Shown here: piece by piece, positions 63,246 through 64,000 of the stretch
Numbering within the stretch: position 1 is the first letter of the stretch
Layout of the letters: every line of letters begins with the position of its first letter
Assembly: GCF_009914755.1 (NCBI RefSeq)
Contig: NC_060936.1
Reading direction: 5' to 3' (one strand)
DNA length: 64,000 nucleotides
Source of the DNA: the human T2T-CHM13v2.0 reference genome, Homo sapiens
Program-made: the position numbers and the translations under genes
The notes under the pieces: model-generated
Seen by the model: only the letters and a program-made list of their open reading frames with translations
The model's database searches: none
What the model was told of the DNA's origin: nothing

Positions 63246-63339
63246 CCACAATAACTTTGTAGCCATCCTGGATCTGCCGGAAGGAGAGCATCAGTACAAG
63301 TTCTTTGTGGATGGTCAGTGGACGCACGACCCTTCCGAG
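63246..63339 (+). CDS. PRKAB1: AMPK beta-1 coding exon 3 (aa 108-139)
   Basis: Acceptor tttttccttgcAG|, donor |GTACTC. Translates C+HNNFVAILDLPEGEHQYKFFVDGQWTHDPSE; 94 nt; phase consistent; W133 in place. Confidence 0.98.
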
Positions 63340-63621
63340 GTACTCTTCCTCCCACCTCTGGTCCTCTGGGTGCCCGCACATTCCAAACAAATCACCTTCC
63401 CAAGAGATTGCCGCTAGGTCCCTTTGCCCAGCTAGTAAAAGTCCCCGTGTGTGGCAGAGCTGAGTAGCAGCACTACCTGTCAGACAGTTGGCATACTTGA
63501 CCAAGATGAGCAGGGTGGCTAGCCAGGAGATGAGGCCTTCCAGCCAGGAATTCCAAGTCCTCTGAAGAATAACTCCGCAGACCTTCCACGTTATGATTTC
63601 TGCCTATCTGTCTCTTCCCAG

Positions 63622-63736
63622 CCCATAGTAACCAGCCAGCTTGGCACAGTTAACAACATCATTCAAGTGAAGAAAACTGACTTTGAAGTATTTGATGCTT
63701 TAATGGTGGATTCCCAAAAGTGCTCCGATGTGTCTG
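63622..63736 (+). CDS. PRKAB1: AMPK beta-1 coding exon 4 (aa 140-177 + 1 nt); the gene continues beyond the window
   Basis: Acceptor tctcttcccAG|, donor |GTATGA. Translates PIVTSQLGTVNNIIQVKKTDFEVFDALMVDSQKCSDVS+G; 115 nt. Confidence 0.98.
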
Positions 63737-64000
63737 GTATGAACACAGTTATTTTATACCACATGCGTGCAGGTGGGGGCTGTACAGTCTAGACATACTC
63801 TTGTTTCTCTTGCCTCTCTTGAGCTGAAGCTGCCCAGTCAGATAGGCATTTATAGCCCCCACTTAAAGGCCACAGAACTTAATTCCTGTCAGGTTGTTGA
63901 AATTTAGCCCTAAGGGAGCTACAAGTCATTTCCCTGGTCATCTCAGGTATTCAGTAGGTCTGCTTGGCCACAGAACGCAGACAGCAGAAATGGAACCATA

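Overview
Mammalian, almost certainly human, genomic DNA. It is Alu-dense and contains a human-specific AluYb8, THE1/MST and ERV LTRs, and L1/L2/MIR/MER fossils. Two known genes lie on the + strand. The first is the 3' half of TMEM233 (CD225/dispanin family): coding exon 19109-19245, a last exon from 30077 with only 7 coding nt, then a 3' UTR. The second is the CpG-island promoter and first four coding exons of PRKAB1 (AMPK beta-1, codons 1-177 plus one base, 57527-63736). From memory this gene pair is on 12q24; that was not checked. I found no evidence of a new protein-coding system, and the other ORFs in the track fall in repeats or GC-rich DNA. The most noteworthy items are: (i) latent isoform switches, namely an in-frame +36 nt donor in PRKAB1 exon 4, a 190-nt 5'UTR intron, and a TMEM233 read-through stop with an intronic AATAAA; (ii) an unidentified ~380 bp retrocopy inside a target site hit three times by retrotransposition; (iii) four short, non-tandem local duplications that look like templated repair insertions; (iv) a four-layer nested TE with all TSDs readable; (v) a decayed Gypsy-like integrase remnant. 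Repeat subfamily names come from recalled consensus sequences, and their boundaries are approximate unless a TSD is quoted.
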